DNA of 59,819 nt, filler included, from Basidioascus undulatus (lineage: Eukaryota), in NCBI GenBank assembly GCA_000826855.1. It is 7 parts of 7 records of this genome, joined end to end, with 100 filler letters (N's around TTAATTAATTAA, not from the genome) between each part and the next. Parts side by side here need not be neighbours in the genome. Positions count along the whole stretch, not along the records: positions 34,307 to 42,757 come from JTLS01001388.1; positions 42,858 to 51,290 come from JTLS01001389.1; 5 more parts are not named here. The stretch is one strand, 5' to 3'. The notes beneath the pieces are model-generated. The model was not told the origin of the DNA. It worked only from the letters and a program-made list of their open reading frames with translations, and searched no databases. The position numbers were made by a program, and so were the translations under genes. Shown piece after piece: positions 37,663 to 49,981 of the stretch (positions are counted from its first letter, which is position 1; the number at the start of each line of letters is the position of its first letter).

Positions 37663-38219
37663 CTCGTAGTCAATCTTGTCCTGCTCCGCCCGCTTCTTGT
37701 CGCGCTCGGCCATCTCCTCGTACGGCTGCGGGTGCGGGCTCCTCACATCAGCACGCTTGTCCAGGCAGGGGCAGGGGGGGCAGGGGAGGGGAAGAGAGAA
37801 GACGCACCCTCTTCTCCTCGTCGTTCATCTCCCTGTGGACGCCTTAGTTCAGCACGATGACACCAACGACACGAGATGAAACAGCAAACAACTTACTTCC
37901 ACTTTTGGCCCAGCAGCTTGCCGACCTCGCCTGCGCACCCATCACTCACTCAGCACCGCCTCTCCACTCCACTCCTCCAGCCAGGACGTACCGAACGACG
38001 CGTCCGGGTTCTCCGCCTTGATGCGCTCGCGCCAGTCCTGGCTCTACTCCTCGCACAGTGTACTGCGTGAGTATGTGGGTTGTGGGGAGGTGGAAGGGGG
38101 GAGGAAGGGCGCACCATGAACATGTACGCGGACAAGGCCTTCTTCGGCGCGTTCTTGTCCTTCTTTGCGCGCGCGGTCTTCTTAGGCGCGCGCTTCGTCG
38201 TGGACTCGGCCTTGGGCAT
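37663..38219 (-). CDS. NHP6: Nhp6 HMG-box protein, no terminal exon of its own
   Basis: MPKAESTTKRAPKK...KKDKNAPKKALSAYMFM/SQDWRERIKAENPDASF/GEVGKLLGQKWK/EMNDEEKR/PYEEMAERDKKRAEQDKIDYE then donor GTCCGT. Confidence 0.95.
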
Positions 38220-38297
38220 GGTGGCTACTGCTGATGCGCGAGGCGAGAGGGACGACAGCAGGTGAAAGTCAGTGAGGCAGTCGCTGTCGACGATGGG

Positions 38298-38326
38298 AAC
38301 GACGACGACGACGACGACGACGACGC
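38298..38326 (+). repeat. (ACG)n trinucleotide microsatellite in the NHP6 5' leader/intron region
   Basis: About 9 consecutive GAC/ACG units. Confidence 0.85.
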
Positions 38327-40328
38327 GCTTATCGCGCTCCACCAGGCCCAACGACCCAGGAAATAAGTTAGAAATGCGCGACTCACGATGCGGGGTGCTG
38401 AGGTGTGTGTAGAGACGCGTGCAGGCGTAGGCACTGAAACGACTGCTGTTGCTGGGACGCGACGCGCGCGTTTGGGTGGGTAGCAGGCGGTGGGCTGGGT
38501 GGGCGCGGGCGGTGTGCTGTGAGGGGAGAGGGCGAAGCGCTGCGCAGGCTCGCTGCGCGGCCAGCCAAGGCAGCGAGTGACCCGGACTTCGGTCAGCCGG
38601 GAATGGGGGGTCGCGTGACGTAACCGAGAGAAGACGCGTTCTGGGCTCAGCTTTCTGTCGTGTTTTTCGTTTTTGTCAAAGGGTAGTTTTGTGCAGAGGG
38701 CGTTGCTCGGTGGTGTAGAATGGTGCTTTGGGGGTGGAGACATGCGTTGAGAAGAAACGTCGTGAGACGGAAAGGCAGAACTTGTCAAACGCGGTGACAC
38801 GCTCGTTATCGCCGGTCCTCCCAATGCCAGCAAGTGCACAACATTAACAGTCCACACCACAGAAAGCAACACAGAGCGACGATCAATATTGCTGGTGTAA
38901 ATTTAAGAAATGGAATGGTAGACCTCTCACATGCGAGGAAAGGCTGAAAAACGCCTATGCAGCTGTCTCTTCAGAACATCATGGCCAGCTCTCGTCTCTC
39001 ATCGGGCATCAGTATGTCCATGAGAAGATACACAAGTGCACCAGCGCTAAAACATTAAAGTTGGCTGCTGGACCTGCTCTGAGCCCGCCATGTGCGAAGT
39101 CCATTCAATGTGCGTGCAGACGATGCACCGAGACGCAGAGGTTGTGTCGAGTGATGCAGTCAAATACAAGCAGTCCTGGGGATTCCGGGTACCCTTGGCG
39201 AAGCCTGATGTTGGGGGATAATTTCAGATAAGGTGGTAGGAACAGCACATGGGCCGCCTGAGCGCAAGGCATCGATTGTGTGCTTCAGCAGCCACCAGCC
39301 AGCCGCCCTATGAACTTTTTGGAGCCCGCTGCCATGCAATTTGGCAGTGCTTACGGCAATATGCCGGCGCTCTGAAGTGCCCTTTTTACAAAAGCGTTTT
39401 GTCTCCTCTTCCCCACGTTTCTCAGCCGTGCCGCACGGCAGGTTGCCGTACAACTCCGCCGTGCAAACCGGCAGTTTGCCGCGTGTGTTGCTGTGTAGCA
39501 CGGTAGCCAGTCCTCTCTGCCGTGTCAACACCGTAAGCCTGCTTGGCGTCCACCTGGCCACTGCGCGTCTATTGAAGTGATTCAAATAAATCTGAAATGG
39601 ATGCCTACTAATTTTCAATAGGGTCTGGCTGGAGGCAAGTTCCACCGTCCTTTGCAGCCGTACCCTTTTTCGGTGATATCAATTCTTCCATTGCCTGGTC
39701 GTATATAAAGGCTCCCTTCCCACGTTCGCTTCTTGTTCTCTTTCCACCATCACCCTCAGCTCTCTCACCTTCACCTTCACCTCACCTTCACCTCTCAGGA
39801 CTTTGCAGTTGTCCTTAGGTGCGCCCGTCCTACGAGCCCTTGCCTTTGCTTCCATGGCTGTAACTTGTTTGTTGCTCTCTATAGTGCTTTTTCTCTTCAC
39901 TTGATTTGTATGTTCCTATTGTCTCCCCTTTGAAGAAAGGCAGGAAAGTGAGTGGCATGATACTTGAAAGATCCTGGAAGATCCGAAAGAGCTGCCAGAA
40001 ATAGTATGCATGATGCAACAGCAGTAAGCCGGAGGAAAGGTTGCCGGTACAGCACGGAGGATCGCCGGGCGGCGCAGTGAGTGCTTCGTCGCGGAAACAA
40101 TGCATGTTGCCCTAGTGATGGTCCGTTCGATTTGCATGATGTCGGATTCTTATGATTACCAGGTACTTAAGTGTACTATGCGTAAAATGGGAAAGGCGAC
40201 TGCACAGGGTGTAAATGCTGCTCGGTTCACCGCCATTTCCTTGCGGAGCAGTTTTCGCCGATACACACTCTGCGCAAGCTCGTCGTTCTCATCTTCATCC
40301 TCATCCTCCCACTTTCACACCACTCGTC

Positions 40329-41245
40329 ATGCGCGTTCCTCTCGACGTATTCCGTCTCATAGTTCTCGAGCTTATCGCTCCGGAACATCTGCTCGCTTTC
40401 GGCTATCGTCCCGAAGTGCAGCTTGCGCTTTTCGAGCTTTCATTGACCTCCAAGTCGATACGATCGCTTGTTCTCTGCTATCAACATCGATCGGTTATCG
40501 CCTATAAACCGTCTACGTTCTTCGGGCTCGAGGGCGCACCTGCCGTTGCAGTGGAATTACTGGCCATCAATCACTTTCCTCAGCCCAACCCCACTTACAA
40601 AGTGACTCAGGGTTGCAGGATTTCGCTGCCTGCGCATACCTATCGAACCTCGAGGAGGCAAGCTGCATTGGAGATCCATCCTTCTTCATCACACTCTACC
40701 CAGTCAAAAGGCCTGCGTTCACTCCGAACTATGGGCGCCCGTGGCAAGCATGGTCCAACTGGAGGAAACTGAAGCGCCTCGCGCTTTCTGAAGACCGCGC
40801 TAGCCTGGAGGAGTCGATCGTGATCTTCCGGCCCTTACGCACCTTGTTCTTGCCTCTCCGGCTCTGAGCTCGTAGGATAAATTTGCCGATGTCCTCCCGC
40901 GACTACCGACAAGCCTACGCATCCTTTCGTCTTTCTCACGCACAGGGATCGCTCGCATTTTGATTAGATTCAACGGCACGCGAGTTCACTCGCCAGGCAC
41001 AGGCCGCAGGGATTGAGGTGGCCGTTGTTTTCGTGAACACCGAACTTGCGACTGATCGCGAGTGGAGTTATCGGGACCATGGTCGCCCTGATAAGGCGGT
41101 GAGGGAATGGATGTGGGCGCGCACCATGGACGAGACCTTGTGGGACTGGCCAAGTGGGACGGTGCATCATGCGAGTGATTGGGGATTTGGCTCGGGGCTT
41201 GATTCGGAGGAGGTGTCTGAGGATGAGGCGGCAGATGATGCATGA
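40329..41245 (+). pseudogene. F-box-like basidiomycete protein, disrupted; related to 9407-10306
   Basis: MRVPLDVFRLIV...LFELSLTSKSIRSLVL, frameshift, LSNLEEASC...WRKLKRLAL...*, then EWMWARTMDETLWDW...*. Confidence 0.6.
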
Positions 41246-42675
41246 TTGGGGCCATCGTCTCTGCATTGGACTTGCCCATCATGCTGCGAGGACAGCATAT
41301 TACGGTTGACAGATGCTGTCGGCCTCAGCTGCAGGAATAGCATGAGAAGGTCTGTCAGGCCGGGGTTGAACAAGGGTTAATTGGAACCGCGTGCGGCCGT
41401 ACGGCTCGCGTCACAGGCAGCGAACAGCACATCATTGGGGAGCACGCTCCTCTATAGGTAAACGAAAGAATATCCATTGAAAGTTAGGTCTTCAAGTTAA
41501 GCTATTCCAGCCTGGCGTCCGGCGGAGGCGATAGAGGCGAGTCTTCCGCTACGAACTTTGCCAGCGCGTCCAGACCCACGACCTTGCCCATAGCCGGCAA
41601 CCCCTTGATGAGTTCGAGAGTCGAGAGCACGACTTTCAAAGGTAAGGTGTGTAAGCAACGGGCTTGGGTGCAAGCACAGCGACGTACGGAAGAACGACGG
41701 TTGGTCACATGCCATTATCTTACCATCAAAGGAAGCGAAGCGAAAAAGTTGGGTGAAGAGTCCAAAATGTTCATTGTGGGTTTGAAATTGTGAAGAGAAG
41801 ATGCTCTGTGCAGAACTGTGGCGCGAGGAACGGAGTCCTTTGGGGCCAAAGCTGAGGAAAGAGAAGACAGGCACTGGCAGATCGACGTCCTTTCGACAAT
41901 CTTTCCCCACCGGTATACTGAAGTGCTGGCCTCCTCTGTGGAGAGGCTGGTCGAAAATGTGGCGCTGCGAAGCAAGCGAGGAAAGTCCTCAAAGGAGGAG
42001 GACCCCCACGGACGGGGTCCAGGCACCTGTACGAGTGGTGGACGAGGAGCGTGACGGACGTGCTAAAAGTCCCGTTAATCTATGAACGATACATGGACAG
42101 CGCAGCTTGGCGCACGATCACCGAGAGTGTGTGGCTGGCTGCAGCCACATGTTATCTGTTCCAGCCGTTCCGGAGATCACCTCCGGACTTTACATGATGG
42201 CCACTTAGGGGAGCGCAAAGACGTTCCAGCTGCAGCTGTCGAGAAATGCTTCATTAACGCAAGATGAGTGTCCCATTCTGTAAATCAACTCTCCGTAAGC
42301 AGCTGATGCTGTGCAACGCAGTCGCGGGCGCATTTGGCCCTCCGAGTCATGACTCTTGTGAAGTGTAAGGCGAACCACAGATTATCTCGACAGCTTCCTG
42401 TGGTACCTTCAAGCTGTTAGCAAAACTTGATCTCAAGCTTTGGAGCCCGGCGGTAAGCAAAAGAGCGAGCCTGGCAAGGTTCGTTTGCCCCCGACGCTCG
42501 TCCGGTGCGGCAAAGATCGGAAAACTTACTGATCTACAGATAAAAATATGGGCCCATGAGGGGGAGGGGGGAAAGAGTGGTGTAACGAGGGTGAAGAGGA
42601 AGTAGGGAAGGAAGGAGCCGTATCTTCAAGTGTGGGCAAAAGGTTGTACCGTACTCCTGAGGAGGAGTAAAGAAG

Positions 42676-42757
42676 CTCTCTGGCCGGGAATTGAACCCGG
42701 GTCGCCCGCGCCATTGCAAATGACAAGCGGATATACTAGCCACTATACTACCAAAGA
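42676..42757 (-). tRNA. tRNA-Asp(GTC) with a 10-nt intron
   Basis: Minus strand TCTTTGG-TAGTATAGTGGCTAGTATA-TCCGC-TTGTCA-[TTTGCAATGG]-C-GCGGG-CGAC-CCGGG-TTCAATT-CCCGG-CCAGAGA-G; acceptor, anticodon and T stems pair; 72 nt after splicing; begins exactly at the contig edge. Confidence 0.95.
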
Positions 42758-42857
42758 NNNNNNNNNNNNNNNNNNNNNNNNNNNNNNNNNNNNNNNNNNN
42801 NTTAATTAATTAANNNNNNNNNNNNNNNNNNNNNNNNNNNNNNNNNNNNNNNNNNNN
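42758..42857. other. Artificial contig-joining spacer
   Basis: N44-TTAATTAATTAA-N44. Confidence 0.99.
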
Positions 42858-42924
42858 GAACGCAAGCAGGGGCGCGTTGATGAGGAACGCGATCCACTGG
42901 CCGGAGAGGAGAACGGTTAGAAAT
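42858..42924 (-). other. Short Erv14/cornichon-like coding fragment at the contig edge
   Basis: FLTVLLSGQWIAFLINAPLLAF resembles cornichon TM2; no upstream exons recognisable. Confidence 0.55.
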
Positions 42925-45301
42925 CAGGTGCATCGACCTGACAGTACCGGTACGGTGGGGCTCTGACGCTTCTAAAACGATACGTCGTTAATATGTGGAG
43001 GGAAGCATGTAGCGATCTCAATGGCGGCGAAGGTCAACTTGGTCAGCCTTCCTGTCCTTCTGGACGCCTCTGAATGAGTCGTTGTCACCCTCATTTCCCA
43101 AGGCATGGAATGGTGTAGGGCACATCATATAGAAAAGCCCGTCCATCCCACTCCTCCCAATCTCCTCTCCCTTCTGGCCGACCGAGCGCCACAACGCCGT
43201 CACTTGGCTTTCCTCTTCCCCTTCCAATAATCTCTGCCACCTCTCCTCTCGTGTTCCCGGCGGAATTCGCCAGCTGCATCACACCCCCCCTTTTAAAGCT
43301 AGGCCAACACGTCCGCGTACACCCTCTGTATTCCCTGCGTCAAGCGCCTGGTCATCGTGGGGCAAGTACAGCGGGTCACTCCCTTGTTTGACATTTCATT
43401 CTTGAATTGGGTTAGTTGGAGGCGCGGGGACGGACTTGGACCAAGTGGGGGACACTGCAAACGTGCGAGAAGAAAGAAGACATTTCTCGTCTTCTGCACA
43501 GCCCTGGCAATCTGCCTTTTTCTTGCGCTCGAAGTCTGTCGTCCACTCGGAGTCTTCCTTAAAAGGCCTATCCGTGAATCTGCTGGGCAGTTTTAGTGGA
43601 TCTATATGTGAAATCCGTAATGCTTACGCCTGCGATACAAACGCTCCTGTCGTTGCAGCGGCTGCAGCTTCTCTTGCCCCTGTCGATGTACTCCGTATAC
43701 CACTTGTTTACGTAATCTCCCGTCTGAGCCAAAGAAGAATTTTCATATAGTGAAATTAGGTTATGGGTCTGTCTAAGACGCAAAGGGCCGCCTGAAGGAA
43801 GAGGCGGGCGATGACGAAGGCTCGCTCAGATAGAACAAGGAGGTGGTCTACTCGACCATCAATTGAATCACCTTCGACGAGGGTAAAAGCATAAGTCAAA
43901 AGGCTGTTTACGGAATTGGATTTTCTGGGCGAGGATGAGGGCAGGTTCAGCTCGACTCGAGCCCCTCAGTTACCCGTAAGACGCCTCATTTTGGAGCACC
44001 GACCCCGCAGAACCCCTCGACACAGCCTTGTTCGTCTAAGTACCCCATGGGAAAACACGAATGCCTTGATGCATCAGTGCGTTCCTCGTTAACGACGGAT
44101 GGGTCTGTGCCGCTTCTGTGAGCCTGACTGCTTGCCCACACATTGGACGTTGCGGCTAGGTACGGTGCTCAATGTTAACCCTGCTGTGCGTTCCTATACG
44201 GACACCTCAAAAATCTTCACATTCAGCTCGTTCAGGACCAGGTTGCTTATCCTGGAAGAGCGGGAAGAAAGCATGTGTCGCACTCCTCGGCTCCATACCG
44301 TTCTGGACCCACACCTTCGCGATGTTTATACACGCGTGCTGTTCATTGTGATCAGAAAACCCACTGCAAATGGACTAAGTGTACGGACGCATATTTCTGT
44401 TCCTCTTCACCAACAGCCAGGCGGACTTCGCGGTCCTGTCTCGTCTCGGTGATCAACCATAGCCCGATGCACTCCGGTGGGTTTCCTTGGTGACCTATTC
44501 CGGCCTTTGGGAGCTCTGTGAAGATATATGATAGTAGAGTGACCGAATTACACTCATCTTAAACGTGTTCGGGTACCGGTCACTCACGGACGTCGAGTGT
44601 GTGCCAATCTTCGGCACGCCCAGCACTCACTCCCCGGAGTGACAGCAGCGGCCCGCCAAGGAGAGCGGCCGCCGTGCTCACAGCGACAATCGCCTTGCAG
44701 CGGATGCTTCGCTGGGTTGTTCTCCCCGCCATGCGGCCTCGTGCCACCCGTAGAGGTACAGAGGTACATGCACATAGCCCACGTCCAACCAATGCCTGCA
44801 AGGCGAGCGCCTCCGCCGGTGATTAGGAACCGACGCCTGGTGCGCCAGTGCAACCAAACAGCTATAACAACCTGATCAGTGATCGGTGTGCTCAATCTCC
44901 TTATGTCCTCTGTTCCTGCTTGATTCGTGCATGCTTGCTACGAGCTTCCCTTTCCATCTCGATGCTCTCTCGGGCGGTCGAAGAGGAGACCGGCAGAGAA
45001 GCTTGACAGTAGCGCTGTGCCATGTGCAGTCCTCGGCGTCCTCGTTGCCGCTTCCTCGACCGAATCGCTGATGAAGCATGTGGTCAAGACGACACTCGAG
45101 CTGGCGGGTTGCTCTCTGGGACATTTCACTTCATATGTAGTGCCGAGGCTCGGACATCTTCATCACTGACCGGTACCTGGGTTCGAAGCAGCGCTCCTGC
45201 GGCCTCAGCATGCCAGCAGTCTATAAAGACAGACGACGAGGCCGTGCTCTCGCTTGCCTTTATCAACCACACCTCCTCTGAAACTTCCAAAACCTGCCCC
45301 C

Positions 45302-46937
45302 ATGCTCTTCCGCTCTTCCATTCTCTTCGGCCTTCTAGTCGCGGCCCTCGCCACGGGTGCACCGTCCCCGCGAAGGAGGATCCCGCAATCGTCCGCACCG
45401 TGTACAATGTCGCCAAGTCCCGCGGCGTCTCTGACGGCGTTCTTCTTTCTGTAATTTGAAAGGCATACGCCATGTTATAAAAGTCTCGTTTCTGACATGT
45501 AGTCCCTCTTTCAGGCGAATAGGTCGAGGCTCGCGCAGGCCTTTCGCGATGAGGACGCCGGCGTGGTCTACTCTGAGGCACATTTTGCTCAGCCCCAACA
45601 TCTTCTCCACTCTTCCCACCTTCCCAGCTCTACTATACCACCTACGACACCGCACGCCCGACGACGCCGGGGGTGATCCCGAGGGACTGGAGGTACACTT
45701 TTCATGGTTTTCTCTCTCGGCTGCCTGGCACTCTGCAGCACCTTTAGTCGCACATGAACAATCTTAACGTGAGAGTACTTTCATAAGATATCCCTTCACA
45801 AAACTCATGATCTAAGTTTCCCTGCAGTGTGGAGATCTCGACTCAACTGGGCGTCTTCCAGAAGCGCTCTCTCTGGGGCACCGCCGCTCAGCGCACTGTA
45901 CGATTCTCCGTTGCTCAGGCCATGGGAACTTTGAGATAATTTCCAAAATACATCAACCTTTCACATAGAACCCGACCTGGGCTACGAGCGCCTACCTCGA
46001 CCAGGTTCGTTGAACGCTCTTTCCTTTCGTTCAGTCTAAGCCTTCATCAGTGATTCTTACCAAGCGGATATAACATAGGCCATTACCGTCGCTGCCAAAA
46101 ACCCCGGATACACCGCCGGCCAGGTCGCGCAAGGCGTGCAGAGGTCGGCGTACCCTGCTCGGTATGACCAAAACGAGGCCAAGGCTCGCCAGCGTACGTC
46201 GGCCGCACCCTTCGCTCGCTTCTCACCGGCTGCCTCTTTATGATAGATTGAACCTTATGAATTGTTCTGAATCCACTGGCCTGTCATCATACAGTGATCG
46301 CCCTCGCCCAGGGCGGCGGCGGCGGCAGCACGTCGTGCAGGACTCCTCAGGGCTCCGGTACGGTTCACCTTGCCCCCTTTCGGATCACTGCCAGAATTTA
46401 ACTGGGGTGAACCACACAGGTAGTTGCATGTCCACTTCTCCCTGAACTGGCACATCGGTGCCTGGCTACTGCCCCGGCAGCTCGACCAACCAGTGCTGCG
46501 TCCCGTCTTCCGGCACTTCCTGCACGACTCCCCAGGGCTCCGGTAAGTTGTCCCCTTCTCTCCCCTTCGATGCCCCGAAATAATGACCTAAATACTTAAA
46601 ACTTTTTTAATCGACCTCCTCCTGCAGCGGCACCTCCAACCCTGGCTACTGTCACGGCAGCTCCAGCAACCATTGCTGTGTCGCCAACGCTCCCATGACT
46701 TGCAAGACTCCTTACGGCAGCGGCACGTAGCACACCCCAGACCTCTTAGGTTAAGTAGCTTTTGCCGGCAGGATACTCAACTGCCGACTCGCAGGCACTG
46801 CATTGCGACCTCCGCCTGCAGCGGAACTTCCTCCTCTGGCTACTGCCCTGGCTCCGCAAGCGTTCAGTGCTGCGTGTACGTGCTTTATGGCACGCGAAAT
46901 CACACTATAGAACTTTGGGCTGAAACACAGTTCGTAG
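45302..46937 (+). pseudogene. Secreted protein with an actinobacterial-type lysozyme-like domain and three Cys-rich repeats, disrupted
   Basis: Signal peptide MLFRSSILFGLLVAALATGA, frameshift, VPAKEDPAIVRTVYNVAKSRGVSDGVLLS/..SHMNNL/CGDLDS.GVFQKRSLWGTAAQR/NPTWATSAYLDQ/AITVAAKNPGYTAGQVAQGVQRSAYPARYDQNEAKARQ, then three repeats of CxTPxGSGxCxxTSxCxGTSxxGYCPGSxxxxCCV; TATAAAG near 45222. Confidence 0.75.
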
Positions 46938-47581
46938 TCGCTAAAGCTAGCCTCTCGAGGAGATGGCTCGCCAGCCAAACACACGTCTCGGTTTGGGTTC
47001 CCCTTGGTTGACTGTTCATATAAGTTTCCTCTTCGGTCAAAAATGTGGTTTACATGTCTCTGGACTTGTTGGTGGGACTGTCGCATGATCCGGATACGGA
47101 GTGTGTATCGCTGCCGGGGCATGCGGGTCTGCGCCGAGCTGCCTACTCAAAGCAAACGCGTTCATTGGCTCCGTTCGAGCCCTTCTTGATTATTTTCTTT
47201 ACGTTTCATATTGTGCAATGCAGTGACCTATAGAGCACATGTCTCGTTTGTTAGGCCTGAACGGCTCCCGCAAGAAGTTTGAACTTTCCTGTTCGAAGCG
47301 CAGCCAGCTGCTTCTCAGAAACCGGCTGGCAGTGCTTCCTGCGCTTTCTCCTCCCGGTTTCTCCTCTTACATTGCCCGTCTTCCCTTCAACACGCTCTTA
47401 TCAACATCTTGAAATCCACACCTCCTCATCCTCAACGCCCGCGCTGTGCTCTCGGCCGCCGGCCAAGCCCGAAATGACGCACCCCGCTGCGCTGCTCTAA
47501 GTGGCCAGATATCGTAATTCGTTCTCCTTGCTTGCCCCTTTGCGCCTTCCTGCTCGGTTCTTGAACGCAAAGAATCGAACG

Positions 47582-48415
47582 ATGTGCGACGACTGCGATA
47601 TCTGCTTGCCGATGTACGTCCCGTCTCCATCCCTTGCTCGTCTGACGAAGGCCGTGTTCAGATGGGACTGATGTGGAGGGGGACAGATGTATTGTCTGTG
47701 CGTCGGTGCATGGTTTGGGAAGGGGAGGGCGGATGGTGGGTGCTAATGAGGGTTGACGCGCGGGCGTGGGACAGTCGGGTGCCCGACGAAGATCTCCCCG
47801 AAGGACGCCGGGGGGCCGCTGAGGCAGTGTCCGAGGTGCAACAACGGTGAATAGTCCCTCTCCTACCGCAATCCGTGGTCGTTCGGGTATCGCAATCGGC
47901 TGACGAGCTGTCCTGTGTTCGGCTGCCTCCCCGCTCATGCGTCGAAGCGTCGGTTGTGCCTGCTAAGGTCCGTCTTTCTCCTCTCCCTCCCCCTTCTTCT
48001 ATTAACCGAGCAGTGAGGTGCTGAACTTACGGGTTTGGGGCCGATACAGAGCCGAACATGGATTGAGATCTGCTGCGTCCCGTTAATACCATGCAACTCT
48101 AACGAGATATGGACGTGCCCAATTTGCTGTGCGTCTTCTCTTCATCTCCTCTCACCTCCTCCCATCTCTCCCGCTTCTTCCCACCACTCTCCCGCCCTAG
48201 AATTGACTCAGCTGACAATTCCCTCTCCAGCATGGCAAGCCGAAATGTCGTCTTTCACGCCCGGTCCGGCTATGGCCGGTGGGCCCCCGATGATGATGGG
48301 TGGGATGCAACAATCGATGTACGGTGCACCACCTGGAGGGTACGGCGGTCCACAACCGCAGGGGTATGGAGGGTACGGGTACCCACCGCCTCAGCAGCCG
48401 GGGTGGGGGCGCTGA
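47582..48415 (+). CDS. Small zinc-ribbon protein with Gly/Pro/Tyr/Gln-rich tail
   Basis: MCDDCDICLP/...GCPTKISPKDAGGPLRQCPRCNN/ASVVPAK/SRTWIEICCVPLIP...IWTCPIC/WQAEM...PPGGYGGPQPQGYGGYGYPPPQQPGWGR*; two CxxC pairs. Confidence 0.75.
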
Positions 48416-49981
48416 GGAGGGGCGGGAGAGAAGGGCTTGCATGCACTTTCCATTATTCGCAGAAGAGGAGACGGTCGAGTCTGCGGGGGTATGGTTTGAT
48501 GCTGTAGGAGATGCTGGACTACTTTGTATTGTCTCCCACACCATTTCTGAAGCAACAAACCTGCAGACATCTGACTCTCATCTTGACCGAAGTAATGCGC
48601 TTTGGTGGGTCTCAGGCAAGTGCGATCCGTCGTATGCAGTGAGCGTACAGCTCTGCACGACCGGGAGCGGTCACTCGACTTTGAATTCAGCCACTTGTTT
48701 ACAGATAGAGGGAACCCCTGTATTGCGGTACTCCCAAACTCTGTAACTGTGCGTCTGGAGCACACCGGCTCGCGAGTTTGAGGAGTGCTTCTCAGTCCAA
48801 GCAGGCCTGCCTCTACTTGTGTTACTATAAGGTCCACAATGGAGCTCTGCTTAACACTTTTCTCGAAGGATCTTCCCCCAATTAAGTCGTTCGTGGACTG
48901 CACCAGCACAGTGTGGTCTTGTGTGGACATGGAAAAATTGCAGGAGGGAATGAAGGCAAAGTGTAGGTGCCGGGAGACCTCAGCTACCCCCATATTGCTC
49001 TTCCGTGTTTCTGAGGGGGTTCCCGGATGTGAAAATAGAATCATTTGAAGGAACATCACTACTGTTGACTGCAGAAAGGCTCTCAGCACACGTCCAGCTG
49101 ACCGGAGGATGAGACCGCAGGTGACAAGGCGCTTCCTCGGCTCATGTTTGTGCTGGTGATCATGAGAGAGAGATTGTGGTTGCTGTTAAAATGGGGCTTC
49201 ATCTTCCAAGAACCTCTAACGTGCAAACGCAGCTGGAAACTTCACGTCAAGAAACACGCGCATGCGACGAGAAAAAAGCAAACAGGACTGCTGGGGACAC
49301 GCGCACTTTGGAACGCGCAGATCGCGAAACCCGCGTCTCGCCGCCGCTCTTTGTTCGTTCGTTGTCCTTTCGACCTGCACCGCCAGCTTCGGACAACATC
49401 CCGCCCTCCCCCCAACCCGGTATTGTTTTCAGTCTCCCTCTGCTCGGCAAGCCAGTCTCGCCATCTCGATAGCTTGATATTCGAGGCAGCGCCATCGCTC
49501 TTCCCCTTCGGTAAGCACGCCCTTCTCGAATCAGCGAGCGAGGTCAGTCGTTCGCTCGCCCCCCTGCCCCTGCGCTGCGCTGTCGCGGAATCTGCCTGGC
49601 GAACCAGGAATGCTGACAAGGCTCTGGGCCTTTTCTCCTCTTCCATTTCGCTCTGCAATCTCTCCCTCACCCCGTCGTCCTTTCTCCCGTGTCGCCGTAA
49701 TCCCCCGCCCCCGCCGATCGCCTCGTCTAGCCCCGACGTTGATCGCACTTCCCACCCGCTGTCGGTCCCATTATCTCCACCGACTGCAACCGCACGCTGC
49801 GTCGACCGCCGCCGCCTCGCCTCTCGCCCTCGTCCCCGACCGCCCGCACAGGCCGGCACCGCGTCGCTAGTCCTTCTTTGCGCGAGAGTCCCCACCCCAG
49901 CCGCCGCCGATAGCAATCTCCTTGAAGGACACCACTCCCTCCGTAATAAACAACTAAAGAACACAACATAACACACCCACA

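Noticed and set aside
39000..40140. Possible transposon relic with a short charged, coiled-coil-like ORF
   Set aside because: No diagnostic motifs could be supported by eye.
48391..49971. 232-, 246- and 275-aa ORFs upstream of VTS1
   Set aside because: No coding bias or motifs; they overlap the zinc-ribbon 3' region and the GC-rich VTS1 promoter/5'UTR.
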